From Lama glama (Eukaryota): DNA of 64,000 nucleotides. Under the pieces are notes generated by a model. That model was not told where the DNA came from. It did no database searches and was given only the letters and a program-made list of their open reading frames with translations. The position numbers were made by a program, and so were the translations under genes. Location of the stretch: assembly GCA_028534125.1 (NCBI GenBank), contig CM052818.1, positions 23,560,001 through 23,624,000 on the forward strand, in the 5' to 3' direction. Position 1 is the first letter of the stretch. Every line of letters starts with the position of its first letter. This document shows, in pieces, positions 1 to 13,590 of this stretch.

Positions 1-484
1 GCAATGATCCATAATGTTTCCCACTTACATTCAGTACAAACGGACTTGCAACTTCTTAGTGCAATCACTGAATGCTGCAAACCAGGATTTATTATCTTTC
101 TGTTCTCTGCACACTGGATTTTTTCTGCATTTTATAAATGTGTGTTACAGTATAACTTCAGTTGTAGTCCAGTTACAGCCTGTCCAGTTGGTGGATTTCC
201 TTGTATTGCTGGTTCTTTATTTCATGAAATGATGTAACTTAACATGGCAGGAAGAGTGACCTGAGTCCTCTCCTCATGCCTGGAGAGCTGGCTGTAGCTG
301 GCCTCACGTGGGATGTACACGTATTAAGTGAAGTACCCTCGCAGGATACATTCAGACTGAGGGAGCCTTGCCCTGAGCTCTCTGCCCACTGGAACAGAAA
401 ACTTGATGTGAACCACTTCTCTGGTCCCAGAAGCTAGAAGGAAATTAAAAAATGTAAATTAAATCGTATCGTTCCCTTAATTAA

Positions 485-1015
485 ATTCATCCAGTGGCTT
501 TTCATTGTGTTTAGAATAATATCCAACTTCTTACAGTGGCGTACAAGACTCTACCTAATCCATTGCTGCTAATTTTTCTGATTTCATCTCCATTCTCTTC
601 TCCCCCTAGATCTATTACTCCGAGGTTCTTTCTGTTCTTGGAATGTGCCACATCCATCCCACCACAGCATGGCACTGCCTGTTCTCTCTCCCTGGAACAG
701 TGCATCCAGGGGCACCTACTTCCTGTTACTCAGTCTCGGATCAACGTCATTTCCTCTGAAAGCTGCTTCTGACCCCCACGCTAACCTGCTCTCACCCCTT
801 GAGTCTCTAGCACATCTTGTGTTTTATTTTCTTCACATTATTGAAGACTTTCTGAAATTATATTGCTAATGCCTTTAAATGGTTGATTATCGGTGTCCCT
901 CCTGTAGAGTGTCAGTTTCGCGATCACGTGTGTGTTCTTTGCTGCTGCATCTTTACTGTCTGCTGTCTGTGCCTGGCCCACAGTCAGGTGCTCAGTACAT
1001 GATTAAATATGTTGC
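485..1015 (+). mobile_element. L2 LINE 3' remnant
   Basis: Degenerate match to L2 3' region (cagtggcttttcattgtgtttagaataatatccaac...) ending in an L2 tail-like tgcctggcccacagtcaggtgctcagta...aaatatgttg; boundaries approximate. Confidence 0.7.
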
Positions 1016-4000
1016 GGAAACTAAGAACACAGAAAGGGAAAACAGACAGAAAGGAGGTTTGAATAGATCTCCGTTATATTCATGGATATGCGATGCATAG
1101 TCTTTCCTCAGTTATTAATGATTTGTGGATGGAAACAACCAACAAAAGATTTCAATTTTATTTTCCCTTTCCCTGAATAGGAACACTGCCCAGTGCTGCA
1201 AAATAAGATTGTGTTTGTCTACACCCAATTTCCAAGTAGTTTAAATCCTACTTTTGGTATTTATGCCATGTTGGTTTAGACCTGGCTCCTAGAAAATACC
1301 AGGCAAATGAATTAGAGACCCCAAATAGTTCATTACAGTTAAGACTTAACAGTTCTTTCTTAAGATAATTGGGATCCAATGATAATAATTTTCTAAATCT
1401 TTATATTATGTCAACAAGAACTGTTTTTTGAAAGTGGGCTCTGAATCTGTTGTGTGAACCGGAGCTGCGTAAATTTAAGCAGTAAGTTCACCCTTGGTGA
1501 GGCGTAGCCTGCTTTAGTCACAATAGCTGCACTGAGCAGAGGTTGCTGGTATGATGATTAATTCTGCAAATAGGTGAAGGGAATTAAGATCCTTGTTTCC
1601 AGGCTGCTGTCACTAAACCTTGAGTGGTGGTGGTGAAGGGAGTCAGAAGATGGCTGCTGTCCCCAGTGGAAACACCACTGGAGTAGACCTCTCAATGCCT
1701 CAGCCTTCCTAGTCTGTTTCTTTACTCCTGACTCTGCAGAAATGACCTAACAGGCACTTTCATGATAAAAGCCTGTAAGAAAGATGAAAATTCCTTATTA
1801 GTAGAGAACAACAGAAAATCTCATTTGATGTTTACTCACTGTGGAAATGGAATTAAGTGTATTCGGTAGACTTCACTGAGAAAAAAGAGGATGGCATATG
1901 TATAAAGACTTGCTGTTTCTTTTTAGAGGGATTAATTTAACAAAAATGAGACTGCATTTTAAAAAACTGGCTTCTTAAAATAGATGAAGAATCTGGAATG
2001 AGCATTTGATGGAGCATAACATTTACTTGTGACTGATATATATGCATGTCACGATCTCCAGAATCCAAACTAAAATACAAAGGACAGTGAATTCCTCAGG
2101 GATGTTTTATTTCACATACCTACATGTTCTGAGTTTAATGTTACTGTATGAAGTAAACGTCAACTCCTTTTTTTTTTTTTTGTCTCTTTGAAATATCAGG
2201 ATTTTAGTAATGCATTTTAACTTGAGATCAAGTTGTTGTCATTTCAGTGTATTTAGGTCTGGTGACTCTGAAAGCTATTTGGGGATTAAATTTCAAATGT
2301 TATCCTGCATTGAGAGTTAACGGTGTTTAAGTTTCACTTGTATTCTATTGCTATTTTTTCACCACTGAACAATTGAGGTTTTCTAACCTACTCTCATTCC
2401 ATTTCAGCAGGCTTTGTATTTTCAGAACAACAGTTAAAAAAAGGGACTCACAGACTTAATTAAATTGAAAGATGCATTAATTTGATGCATTAGGGAAAAA
2501 GTAAAAGACCAGATATTCTATCTTTACTACCTGTAATTCATCTTTTTTTTGTCCCCAAAGAATCAAAGTTTCCTGTACTTCCATTTTTATTTTTATCAAG
2601 TGAATACTTAATATGAAACTATTTATAGATTACTCCCAAAGCCTTTTATTCTTAAAATGGGTTATTTAGGTTGGTTATTTGGATGACAGCTTTGATTCAG
2701 AGTATCAAAGGCCACAGTTGGTGGGGACAAATCAACATTTCTTTATTTCTTTACTTCGCATCCTGATGAAACATCTCACAAGTTAGATGCCCTTGTCCCA
2801 AGATGGAGCCACAGCAGGAAGATTTCAAATAATACCGTTAATTGCATGTAGTTGATGAATACATACTTGATGGGAAAAATTGTTTGAGCTGGTGCTTTTA
2901 GACTGCAAAGGCGTGAAAGAAAAGATTCGTTGAACCATTTGATTTGTAGATTTAGTCCATGGCTGGCATTGTGGGGAACAGTTCGTGTATGTATATTTCC
3001 TCACATCTCAGGAAGAGATACTCCTTAAAAAACAGACTTTATGTTGTGTTCAGCAGATCTCTTACATGAGTAACTCAAGTGGACTCTCGTACAGGGTTTA
3101 TTTATTTTTTTCTAGGAAAAAAACAGCAGAATGTAAACATTGCCTTCTGCTGAGCGAGTGAGGTAGCAGGCACGTTTCACGCCCTTTGAAGTGATCCCAG
3201 CCCAGGGCTCAAATTTCAAAGAAAACTTCAATTTCAATTTATGGGAACTAAATCAAGAAAATGAATGGATTCCTGCTAAAAAGTGAAAATTCCGATAGAG
3301 CACAAATTATTTCAAAGTGTCCTCACTTCAGGACACAGTATAATCAGGGATTGTTGAGTCTTGGGCTTCTACTTTGTAGCCTGTTCGGTCTTGCAAGTTC
3401 GAATACTAAAACTTTCTCTTACTCTTGGTGTCTGACTGATGGTCACGACAGGACCCTAGTCAGCATGGTGACCTTGATATCCATTCAGTGGTACAATCAC
3501 TTTGAATATCTGTAATGGAGCAATCCCAGCATGCAGGAATTAATACATTGGTTCTCAGTTTACACTTAAGGAGAAACGAAGGATCTCATAAGTTCAGTCT
3601 AGTCCGTAGCCCCTTGCATGTAGGAATTTAATCTTGATCTTAAGTTCTGACTCGGTTTTCTTTTCCTTAAACTGCACCAATTTCTCTAGAAGGCCAATAT
3701 TACTTCTTTCTCCTCAGTGAGAAAGATAACAAAAGAACAGTTTTCTCTTAAGTCCTGCTCTGAAACTGATAAGGAGGATGCCCCGGGTCTCCCCCAGCAG
3801 TTCCTCACCCTGAGGTGGAAAAGTTGCAGATAATATGATTTACCTAATGATAAGTTCTTGGCTGTAACAGACACTACGGCTCATGGCATCTCTCATTGGG
3901 TGTAGTTCTCATAGGGCTTGGCAGCTATGTGGAGCCTGTTTCCTTTGGCAGTAGCTCTTCTGGGGCCTCTCAGACTGGTACTGTGTCCCCTTGACTATTG

Positions 4001-5069
4001 GCTAGCTTAGAGTTGCTCTCTCCACCCTACCCACTAGAAGGTTATTTATATTGGTGCCCCTTCTGAGGAGTCACTTTCCTTAAAAATGATATCTTTCCAT
4101 TCTTGATTTGTACTAGGGAACCATATCTCTATATCAAGGAAATAAGGTATCTGATTAGAAGAAATGGAAATTCCATTAAAATGGTATAAGAGTGTTTTAT
4201 CATGAAGAAAGAGAGATATTTCAGAGAAACAAAGGTAGAGTGTATAACTGAACATCAAGAAAAATCAGCCCTGAGAGCAGGGATGCCAGCGAAGCCCAAG
4301 AAACTTTCCACCCTTACCCCTCCACTTTCACAGGTCTCTCGTCTCTTCGTTGCTACAGATGCAGCCTTAGTGGTCATCGGTGCACATCGTCTGAGTGTGG
4401 TTGCCCCAGCTTCTAAGCTTATGACAACATTTAGGTTTAGAGGCTATTTCCAGCTGCTTCCCAGTTTATATGTCTTAGTTTGAAATCCCAAGAAGGGAGA
4501 ATTTGTCTCAGCCCATTGACCAGAGGTCTGAACCTTAGCTTTATCCAGTGTGGTCAGGGTTGGTAGAATGTGATAGAAACATGGTGTCAGGGTCCAACCC
4601 TATTGACTGAGGCTGCCAGCGGAGGGGCATTTTACCAAAAACAGAAATGTAGGCTAGACAGGCTTGCTGCTTGCAGTATGTACTCTAATTACAGTTAAGT
4701 GTTGTGATCCTTGATGCCTGTTGATTCACTTATTTCAAAGAAGGACATACATCTGGTGAATCTCCTTTGCCTTAGAGTGTGCCTACCTGGTCAAGGTTGC
4801 TAAGGTGTTCTCACCCTCCTGTCATTTCTCTTCAAGATGAAGAGATCTTGGCTGCAGCTCCGAATTTCTGTTTTGACATTCAATCCACAGGGTATGAGGA
4901 TACTTCCAACTAAAGCCAGGGTGTCCCACAGTAAATACGCAAACAGACTTCTAATAAGCACCCAGCTTAGGTCTGGAAGAACTTCATAATGACAAAGCTT
5001 GATATCAGATTCCCTGTCTCAATATACCAGAGGTACACTTCCCATCTTGATAGCATACCAAAGGAAATG

Positions 5070-5698
5070 GTGTTCATTACCTACCACTGCTGTAACAAAG
5101 TGCCACAAACTGGGTGGCTTAAAACATCATAAATTTATTGTCTTAGGAGTCTGGATGCTAGAAGCCTGAAATCAAGGTGTTGGCAGGGTTGGTTTCTTGT
5201 GGAGGCACTGAGAGTGCTATGGAATGCTTTGTATTCCCACCCTCCCCCATTCATATATTGAAATCTCTATTTTGTTTGCTTTTGTTTTTCTTTTGTTCAG
5301 GGGGGAGGTAATTAGATTTATTGATTGATTTAAATGGAGGTACTGGGGATTGAACCCAGGACTTCATGCGTGCTAAGCACGCGCTCTCCCTCTGAGCCAT
5401 GCCTCCCCGAGGTTCTGTTGCCTGCTTCCCGCCTAGCTTTGGCAGCTGCTGACAGCTGTTGGTGGGGTTGATTGTAGAAGCTTCACTCCAGTCTCTGCCT
5501 TTATCATCACTGGGCATGGATCTGTATCTCTCTTTGGACAGAGACACCAGTCATTGGATTAGGGCTTATCCCCATTCAGTGTGACCTCGGCTTAGCTTGA
5601 TTACATCTGTAGACTCTATTTTCAAACAGAATCACATTCAGAGGTACTGAAGGTGAGGACTTGTGCATGTCTTTTTGGGAGACACAATCAACCCACAA
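5070..5698 (-). mobile_element. MaLR solo LTR (MLT1B/C-like), interrupted
   Basis: Hallmark segments gctgtaacaaagtgccacaaactgggtggcttaaa and gacaccagtcattggattaggg...gggagacacaatcaacccacaac. Confidence 0.85.
5270..5408 (-). mobile_element. Camelid tRNA-derived SINE (Vic-1-like)
   Basis: Reverse strand reads ggggaggcatggctcagagggagagcgcgtgcttagcacgcatgaagtcctgggttcaatccccagtacctcc...ctaattacctcccccc plus an A-rich tail; Pol III A/B box-like segments. Confidence 0.9.
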
Positions 5699-6396
5699 CT
5701 GAGATCCAGTTTCAAGGGCACAGGTGTTTCTCTCACAGTTTGCTGGGAGAGGCGGTGCACCCCAGGCCCCTGAGTAAGCTAAAACACAAGGCCTGGGGCG
5801 CTCTCATCCTGAGCCGTTTCTGTAGCTGTTGGATGAGCAATTAAGGCAGCCACAACGCCCTGGCTGTCATAGGGCCACGTTCCCTGGGAGAGGGGAGAGA
5901 CTGGCTTGTTTGCTGTTTGCTCTAAAAGTTGCTGCGCCCTGAGCCCTGGGTTCCACAAGTGTGGTGAGGCCTGCTGCCAGTGTGGCTGCCGTCTAGGATT
6001 TCACATCACCCTGTGGGAGCTGAGGACAGGGGGAATGGTGCTGCCCTGCTGGGGCTCCTGCTGGTCTGCTGTGCTGTGAGTTACAGACTGTCTTTCTCTG
6101 GTTCACTGTCTCATCGTCTACATTTTTTTCTTTTTTTTGTAAACTTTAAGTGGTTTCTCATTTCTTTTTTTTTTTTTTTTAAATTGAGATGTAGTTGATT
6201 TACCTGGAGTTACAGCAAGCCAACCTGCACATGTGCTTAGTCATTTCCTTTGGAACCTTGCAACTTTTTGCCATCCTCTATAAGGCTCGAGTTCTTCCCT
6301 AATGCTGGGCTTCTTTTCTGCCATTCACTTCTTTTGCATTCTGAGCCTTTACATACACCATTTCTATACCATTTCTCCACATAGGATGCCCTCTCC

Positions 6397-6547
6397 TAGG
6401 GCTTCACACCTGTGCAGTCATGTGGGCTCCTGCACTTAGAAGGGCCCCACACTTGCTTTCCTCTTCCTGTCTTAAGTTCTTAACTTTTGAATAAGGGACT
6501 CTGTTCTTATTTCATACTGAGTCCCACAGATTATCTAGCTGGTCCTG
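6397..6547 (+). mobile_element. MER45A-like hAT-Tip100 MITE
   Basis: cctgtgcagtca...agaagggcccc...agattatctagctggtcctg matches MER45A; imperfect 8-bp TSD ccctctcc/ccttctct (6/8). Confidence 0.8.
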
Positions 6548-9500
6548 CCTTCTCTTTGATCAGGTTATGGATTTTCTAGGCTTAGCTTAGAAATAATACT
6601 TGACTGCCTCTCCTCTTGCCACCACTCCCCCATTTCTTGCTCTTGCTCTGGTTGCTAGACAGATTTGCAGCTATCCTATGGAAATCATATTCATTGTAAT
6701 TCTAAAGCCCTCAGTTGGCAAAACTCCAAAGTGGTAAAATACACTTGCTTATAAGATGTCTGTTTTGACTTCCATATTAAGAAATAATCACTGTGAACGC
6801 AGGGACCAGTCAACACCTGAATGCATGCTCAAGTGAGGAAGGGGTCTTGCTAAGGTGCAAAGACTGAGTACCTAGGATGGATCAATGCTTCACTTTATTT
6901 ATTGGCAGAAACTCTTATGTTTAGAACAAAGACAGTGTTACGCATTTCCTACATCTGTACTTATGTCTGTAATTTATCATTTTGATATACACTTTTTTTA
7001 ACCTTTTTTTAGTTCTGTTTGCAGCTAACTAAACATTATTTTTCTTTACTACCCCAATCTACGACCCTTTGGTCACCCTGTTATAAGCACTGTGGAAAGG
7101 TTTAACTCTTGTGTTTTATGCTAGAATCTGCCCACCATGACTTGAGGTGTGTCTTGTTGGATGATTTGATTGCTTAAACTTAATTTTACTAGGCTTGTCC
7201 TGAGGACCAGCACACACCTTTGGCACCCAGTCAGAGGCATCTGGTCCACAGATCTTTTTGCATTAGTGACCAGAAGAATGAAGCAGCTGTGCACTGCTTA
7301 TCAACTGTGGCCACCACCTATATCATGAGAGGAAAATACTGACACTTGCCAAAATACGGAAGACCTGACAAGGGGAAAATATATTTTTAATAAACCAACT
7401 GAATTGGAAGACATGATTATTTTAAATGGACAGGTTTGTAGGTTGTAGAAATCCTGATAATTATTCTTGTTAACTTTGCCTTAATGAATATGATTTTACT
7501 CAAAACATATATTGTAACATAAAGCAACCTACATCTCCTCTACTTTATAGCAATAGTGATGTAAACTGCCCCCAGCATCACTGCTTTCTGAAGAGATACA
7601 GTGGAGTACCACTAGCATTATAGATTTACTTCAGATAATGAAGGCACTTGGAAAAAGAGGTACATTCTTTTTCTTTCATGGAATATTCCTTGTAGACTGA
7701 TAAACTTCTTACTGAATGACTCTTTCTCTGTCTGTATACATATATAAAGAGTACATTTTTAATTTTAAACTTCATACAGAGGTATTCCAAGCTAGGTATA
7801 CTTTATGCCAATTGCTGTGGACATTTTATGCTTCTATGTACGTAAAAAATATATATGTATTTTAAACTGGCTCCTGGTGTTCTTAGCATTTTACTTTCAA
7901 AGCTTTCTACCGGGTGCCAGTTTGACTTCCATTTTTTTCTACTTTAATAACACAGGGCTTCTGTTTTAAATAGGACCAACTAGAAAGAGGGAACTGGAAA
8001 TTTTAGCAGTTGGGAACCCCTGCGTGAAAAGGATCACATGCTTTCTGTCTAGCAGTTTTGTTCCATGAGAACATGATTACCTTCCCCTTCCTGCTTCCCT
8101 TCCACCTCCCTGTGTCCCAGTTAGGCTGGTGAGCAAGTTGATAGGGTTTTCACTGTGTTCTTTCCAGAGGACTAGAATGCTCTCAATGCATAATGACAAA
8201 GTGATAAACTTGATACAGTTATACCTTTTCGGGATAGGTGCTGAAATAATCTCTGTTGACGTAAGCTTTCGCCTTTTGGTGATTCTGAGTTTGGATAACC
8301 TGAATTCACTTCTGTTGAATGTGACATTTACAGTCAGGATTGTACCTACTGCAGTTTTGCAACTAAGTAAGAATAATCTGACTTATTTAATTGTTAGCTT
8401 TCACCTTGACACAGGCAAAGAATAAATTTGGTATTATTAAAGTTACTTTTGAAATAACAGACATAAAATGGGATTCCTGGAATATCCAAAGATTGCCGTG
8501 AAAATAAGCATTCATTAGTTATTTCACCATAAGCCAAATATAGTTAGTTTGGGCCTTGGGGAAATCAGAATATAGGAAAGTAAAAAGTTCAGTAGTAATC
8601 AGAGAGTGACCCATACTATTTGGACAACAAACACCCATTGGTCCCTTTTGCCAAAGCATCATTGTTATAAGAGAGATACTTACAACTCTTGTGGGCTGAG
8701 AATAGATGTAAGTTTAAGAAGATGCTAATAAGTCAAAGTGAAACATGACTGAGTCATAGCTCTTGGTTGGCTTTGAGACCCCATGGAGTCCAGCCCATCT
8801 TTCTGTCTCCGGATCAGACCTGAAACCCTGTGGTTTGGAGAGGCTTAGAGAGACCATTGAGTTACATGTTTTAGTACCCAGTGGTGGCTGTTCTCAAGAA
8901 GGCTTTTTATTATATCAAGTTGCAAATTTCCCAGAGTTGTGCACTAAGTAGAAAGAAGTGGCAGCAAGTCAGACCCTCTCATGGGACAGTCCTTTCTATA
9001 ACCGAGGGCTTGATTATGTGTATCTGCAGAAAGAATCAGTTGAAAAGGTGAAGTATCTGCTTCTTACTTCTTTTCTACCATGAAAACAAGCTGTGATTTG
9101 TGTGCTGTGATTCACATTTGTTAAGTTTCACTTTGAAAATGGAAATTTCTTTTTTCCTCCTAATGTTACAATGCAAACTAATATTTTACTTTTTATTGAC
9201 TCTTACTAAAAAATTTCGATATTTCTTCCCAGAGCGTTCATTTGAACTAGAAAACAGGCTGGCAATTTTTGTGAACTTGATCATCAGCTGCATGTACTCG
9301 ACTAAAATTTTTTTCTTTTACGCTTGTACTTGCTTTTCTGAAATAATTTTCTATGTAAAAAAATCTTTAAACTCCATAATGCCAACACTATTTTAAGATC
9401 CCATTATTTAAATAAATGAATATATTGCCTGATAGGACCAGATCATTAAAAAGATGACACTGCAGTCTTTTGAAATATATGTAAAGTATATTTCCTAATC

Positions 9501-10894
9501 CTACATAGTGTCAAAGTGAGCCAATTTAGTCCAGATGACACTTACATTAGCTTAGACTGAATCCTATTTTGTAAATATCAGCAATTCATTTTGTCACTCG
9601 GGGAATTTGCTGTCAAGGATTTTGACTGTATCTTTGTCCAGCTAGCAAAGTGAAGGGCCTGGCGTGCAATCAGATAATTAAAATGCAGTGTGAGTAATGT
9701 CCCCAAAGAATTGTAGAAGCTTAGGAGAAGGAATTGCTAACAAGTAAGTTCTTTTCCACCCTGCAAGATTTCTAATGAAGAGTTCCTGATAGGTGAGGTG
9801 AATCAATAAACACAACCAAGGAAACTTGCTTGATACCCAAATGAAGTAGTTTGAAGTCTCAAGTTTAATTTTTTAAAGTTATTTATATTTTGCAGCGTGT
9901 TATTCGTTGTATGTTCACGTTTGTTTAAATGTTTTTATATTGCTATCAAGACAAAGATTCATTCTCTAGGAACTTGCATCATATTTATTCTATGGTTATG
10001 CACACTTTCTTTGGTTTAACCCTTGTGCTCAAGAATGGTTAGTACACTCATTTAAGAAGCAGGGGTATAAAAATAAGCCTTGGATCCAGACAGCTAAGAC
10101 TCAGGCAAGATCTAGGTATCTGGGGTCAGAATGAGAGAAAATTCTAAATAAAAGTTAGGGACTTTAACAGAAAGTAGCCTCTCACTGTGGATCCTAACTT
10201 TTTCTTATCCGGGAACTGATTCCTGTGGAGGTTGACGCTGATCTCCAAGCACTTGAACATTAGGGAAGACCATAATGGTTAACGCTGGGACATCAGAGTA
10301 AAAGGCAATTCCCAGTCTCCTTTAGTCACCTGAGATCATCGCTCTGTATCAATTTAGGGAGAGACAGAGACAGACACAAGAGAGACTTTGATTATAATAT
10401 AAGTCAGCCTAGAGAGGGCATTGTCTTTACGACTTTTGTCACCTTTCTTTCAGGTGACCAAGACCTTTCTTCAGGTATAATTTTTTTAAATGCTTTATTA
10501 TCTAAGTTCATTTATAGCTTTTAATCAATTGTACAATTTTAAAACTCAGTTTCCAGAAGGTTGTAATTAACAGAGTTAACATATACTAGGTACAAAATAC
10601 AATGGATTCTGAAGCTGTGAAATTTCCAAGTGGAAATGCAATTGTTTAACTGAATTTCAGGTACCCAAAGTACTTGTCATTACTCTTTTTATAAACAGAA
10701 CACCCAGTGAGTCTGCCTTCGTGAAATGTGTTTCTTGAGCTAGAAGGATAGATTTGATCAGAAAGCAGTGAGTGCTGAGAAGATGTAATGCCCCAGTTCC
10801 TCAACTGACATTCAGGATTTGATTTGCTTTTCCATGTGCTCGATCACTAAAATTCGAATACTCTTTTCTCCTATTAAAATCAGCATCGTTAGTG

Positions 10895-11040
10895 CTTTAG
10901 AATCGAAAGGCATTTAGAAATCAGTTAATTTTACAGTTAATGGATGAAGAAACTAAGGCCACCAGACTTGAAGTGCCTTGTCGAAGGTGTCACAGCTATT
11001 TGACAGTAGAACTTGAAACAAGTGTTCTGATTCCTCATTC
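10895..11040 (-). mobile_element. MIR SINE remnant
   Basis: gatgaagaaactaaggcc...aaggtgtcacagcta MIR core. Confidence 0.7.
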
Positions 11041-12599
11041 CGCGTCATGGTGCGATACACTTATCCCGAATGAGGAACCACTTAATTTACAAAGTAAAGG
11101 AGAAAAATTTATGATGGCAAATCCAGGCAACCTTCTATTTCAGCTAAGTTTGTTTCTATTTCTCTGAATTATCAAGATCGTTACTGGTCAGGCAGACTTC
11201 AAATAAGATTTCCAAGCCCTTTCACCCCATCCTGATAATGACAGAGACATTGAAGGAAATACTATTTTATGGATGAATGTAGTTTTTAAAAATGCCATTC
11301 TGTCTTCCTTTAGATAGTTGGAATAATAGAACAGTGGCATTAATTCCTCAAGAAAGTGCTACTTTCTTCTGCTGGATGACTATTCAAATTACTGATTAAA
11401 AAATTTTAACTCTTATATCACTTAGTGATACCCTAGTGTGTTGTAATGCAGATTTTCTCCATAGTCCTTGCAGAATGTCGTATCATTTTAGGAAGCAACA
11501 TTGTCTCCTAGGGAAGTTCACCACCACTTACAGCCATTGCACAATTAGTAACAGGAATTTGTAAGCTACTTTCAGTATCTTAGAAAGCCTAATGGAAATT
11601 GAAGATTTGCACAAACTGACTTAAATGCCAAGCAGATTCTTTGCTTCTGTATGGAGTCACATTGACTCAGGGCAGTTATTTGTGCTCATGAGAAGTTGTG
11701 ATTGGCAGAAAGAAAGGCTTTTGGTGAACAAACGTAAGGAAAGGAAAAAATTAATATTTAATTAATACAATTTTTAGTAGACAATGATCTCCAAAATATA
11801 AGTAAAAATCATAGATGAGAATTATAGGAATTGTAACTTTGTCTGTCAAAAAGGTATAGAAGACCGTATTTTATCCTGTACACAAAGTAAAAGATTTCTT
11901 TTCTACTTCCATCTTAGCTCTATAGAATCTTTAAAGATATTTTTAGTTTGAAGATGAATATTCTTTTACTATTTACCATTGAGTTCAACCATATATTTAA
12001 AGTGATTTTAAGTAGTTAACGTTGTAGTATGAGAGCATTTATAGCCTGTGTTTCAAATCCCAGAAAATCATATTCTTAAGGGCAATAGTGGATCACACGA
12101 ACAAAAATGGACATTCTTCCTGCCCTGAATTCATTTCCTTTCACAGGTGGCTTCTTTCATGTACTCATTTTGATGATGCCTCTGATGGATACTAATTTCT
12201 TGTTTTCAGAATTTTAAGGGAGCAAGTCTTTGATTCTCTGCTGCTTAGTTGCTGATCCTTGCCCGTTTATTCTAACACCCTTCCTCCTCCAAGTTGAAAA
12301 CATTGTTAACTAAAACAGATGTTTCTATAAGACTCCTTAGTACCAATTCTTATTCCTGTTCTGTGTTTAAAACTCATGGATTTCTGGTTTAGTTTTCTGT
12401 ACTACCTTCTTTGCATATCAAGACAATTGCCACGTGCCTATATTCACAATCTGAGCAGTTAATTCCTCTCTTATCTTTTAATAGTCTGCATCTCAGATGT
12501 TAATATTTTCCTGATCAATGTATTCGTCTGTTCTCATAAATCATTCAATTGATTAGTATCAGTTGCTCAACATTAGCATATTTTTATTTGTAAATTTCC

Positions 12600-13330
12600 A
12601 TCCGATGCTGATGGTTCAGTGTTGTTGGTCGTCCACTGCTGTCTTTATGCTGCCTCCTGAGTGTCACCCTTGGCTTCTCCCCTTCTCTCACCCACCCACC
12701 TCCTGTGCATCACTAAGTCCTCTTATTAATGACTCTCAGATACATCCTTTTCCCTGCATCCCCCGTCTCCACACTAGCCCTTCACATTTGGAGTACTGAG
12801 ACCGCTTCCTTCCAACTTCATCTTGAGCTTCTACTCTTCTTGCTTTGATCTAGTCTTCATACTGTAGCTATTAGAAGATTTCCTTTGCAGAGAATCCTTC
12901 AGTAGGTTTTCATTGCCTTTTCTGTAATGCTCAAACTCTTCAGTGTGGACAACTTTGTCTCCTGCCTCATCTGTTACGTCACCTTGCTCTCTCTGTGCTA
13001 GCTTTATGATTTCTGCTAGGTCCTCACACATGTGTTAATCCATTTTCCTCCTTTTTACCAGGCAAATTCCTACTCATATTTCTGGATTCATCTCCATCTT
13101 CATTTCTGAGACAAGCCTTGCCTTTCTTTTATTACTGGAACATATTGGGGATGGGGGGAGGTCCTTCTCTGATCCTCCAGGTCCCTGAACTTCCTTTGTC
13201 CAAATACTCTTGGCACTTTCTTGTTGTTATTTTGTCATCTTCCCTGTTATGGCATGCCCATTATCCTGTGTGGGAGAACAGTGCAGTTTGTTGAGAGAAC
13301 ATGCTAGTCATGACTCAACGTTGCTTAGTG
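12600..13330 (+). mobile_element. L2 LINE remnant
   Basis: Pyrimidine-rich degenerate L2 3' sequence (ggcaaattcctactcatatttc...agacaagccttgcct); boundaries approximate. Confidence 0.5.
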
Positions 13331-13344
13331 AGAGGCTGGTCTCT

Positions 13345-13590
13345 ATAGCATGATGTTTTATAGAATGAGCCTGGGTTCAAGTGTCAGCACAGTCCTTACA
13401 AACTGGGTAGCCTTTGGCAAGTTACCGTACTCTTCATGCTTCTGTTTCCTGTCTCCACACCTACATCGTGATAGTGTCTGTAAACCTATCCTGTGGGTTT
13501 GTTGTTAGCATTAAATGAGTTAATATGTCAGTGTTGGAACAGGACTTGCATGACACAGTTAGCACACTGTGTACAATTATTTATTATTAC
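13345..13590 (+). mobile_element. MIR SINE
   Basis: cctgggttcaag...ggcaagttac...ctgtttcct...attaaatgagttaatatg...tattatta. Confidence 0.8.

Noticed and set aside
3700-4700. Possible very old MLT1-type LTR fragments
   Set aside because: The resemblance is too degenerate to fix family or boundaries by eye.
5335-5408. tRNA gene (also 53670-53742)
   Set aside because: The tRNA-like head is followed by a SINE body and A-rich tail and carries many substitutions, so it is a SINE rather than a tRNA.
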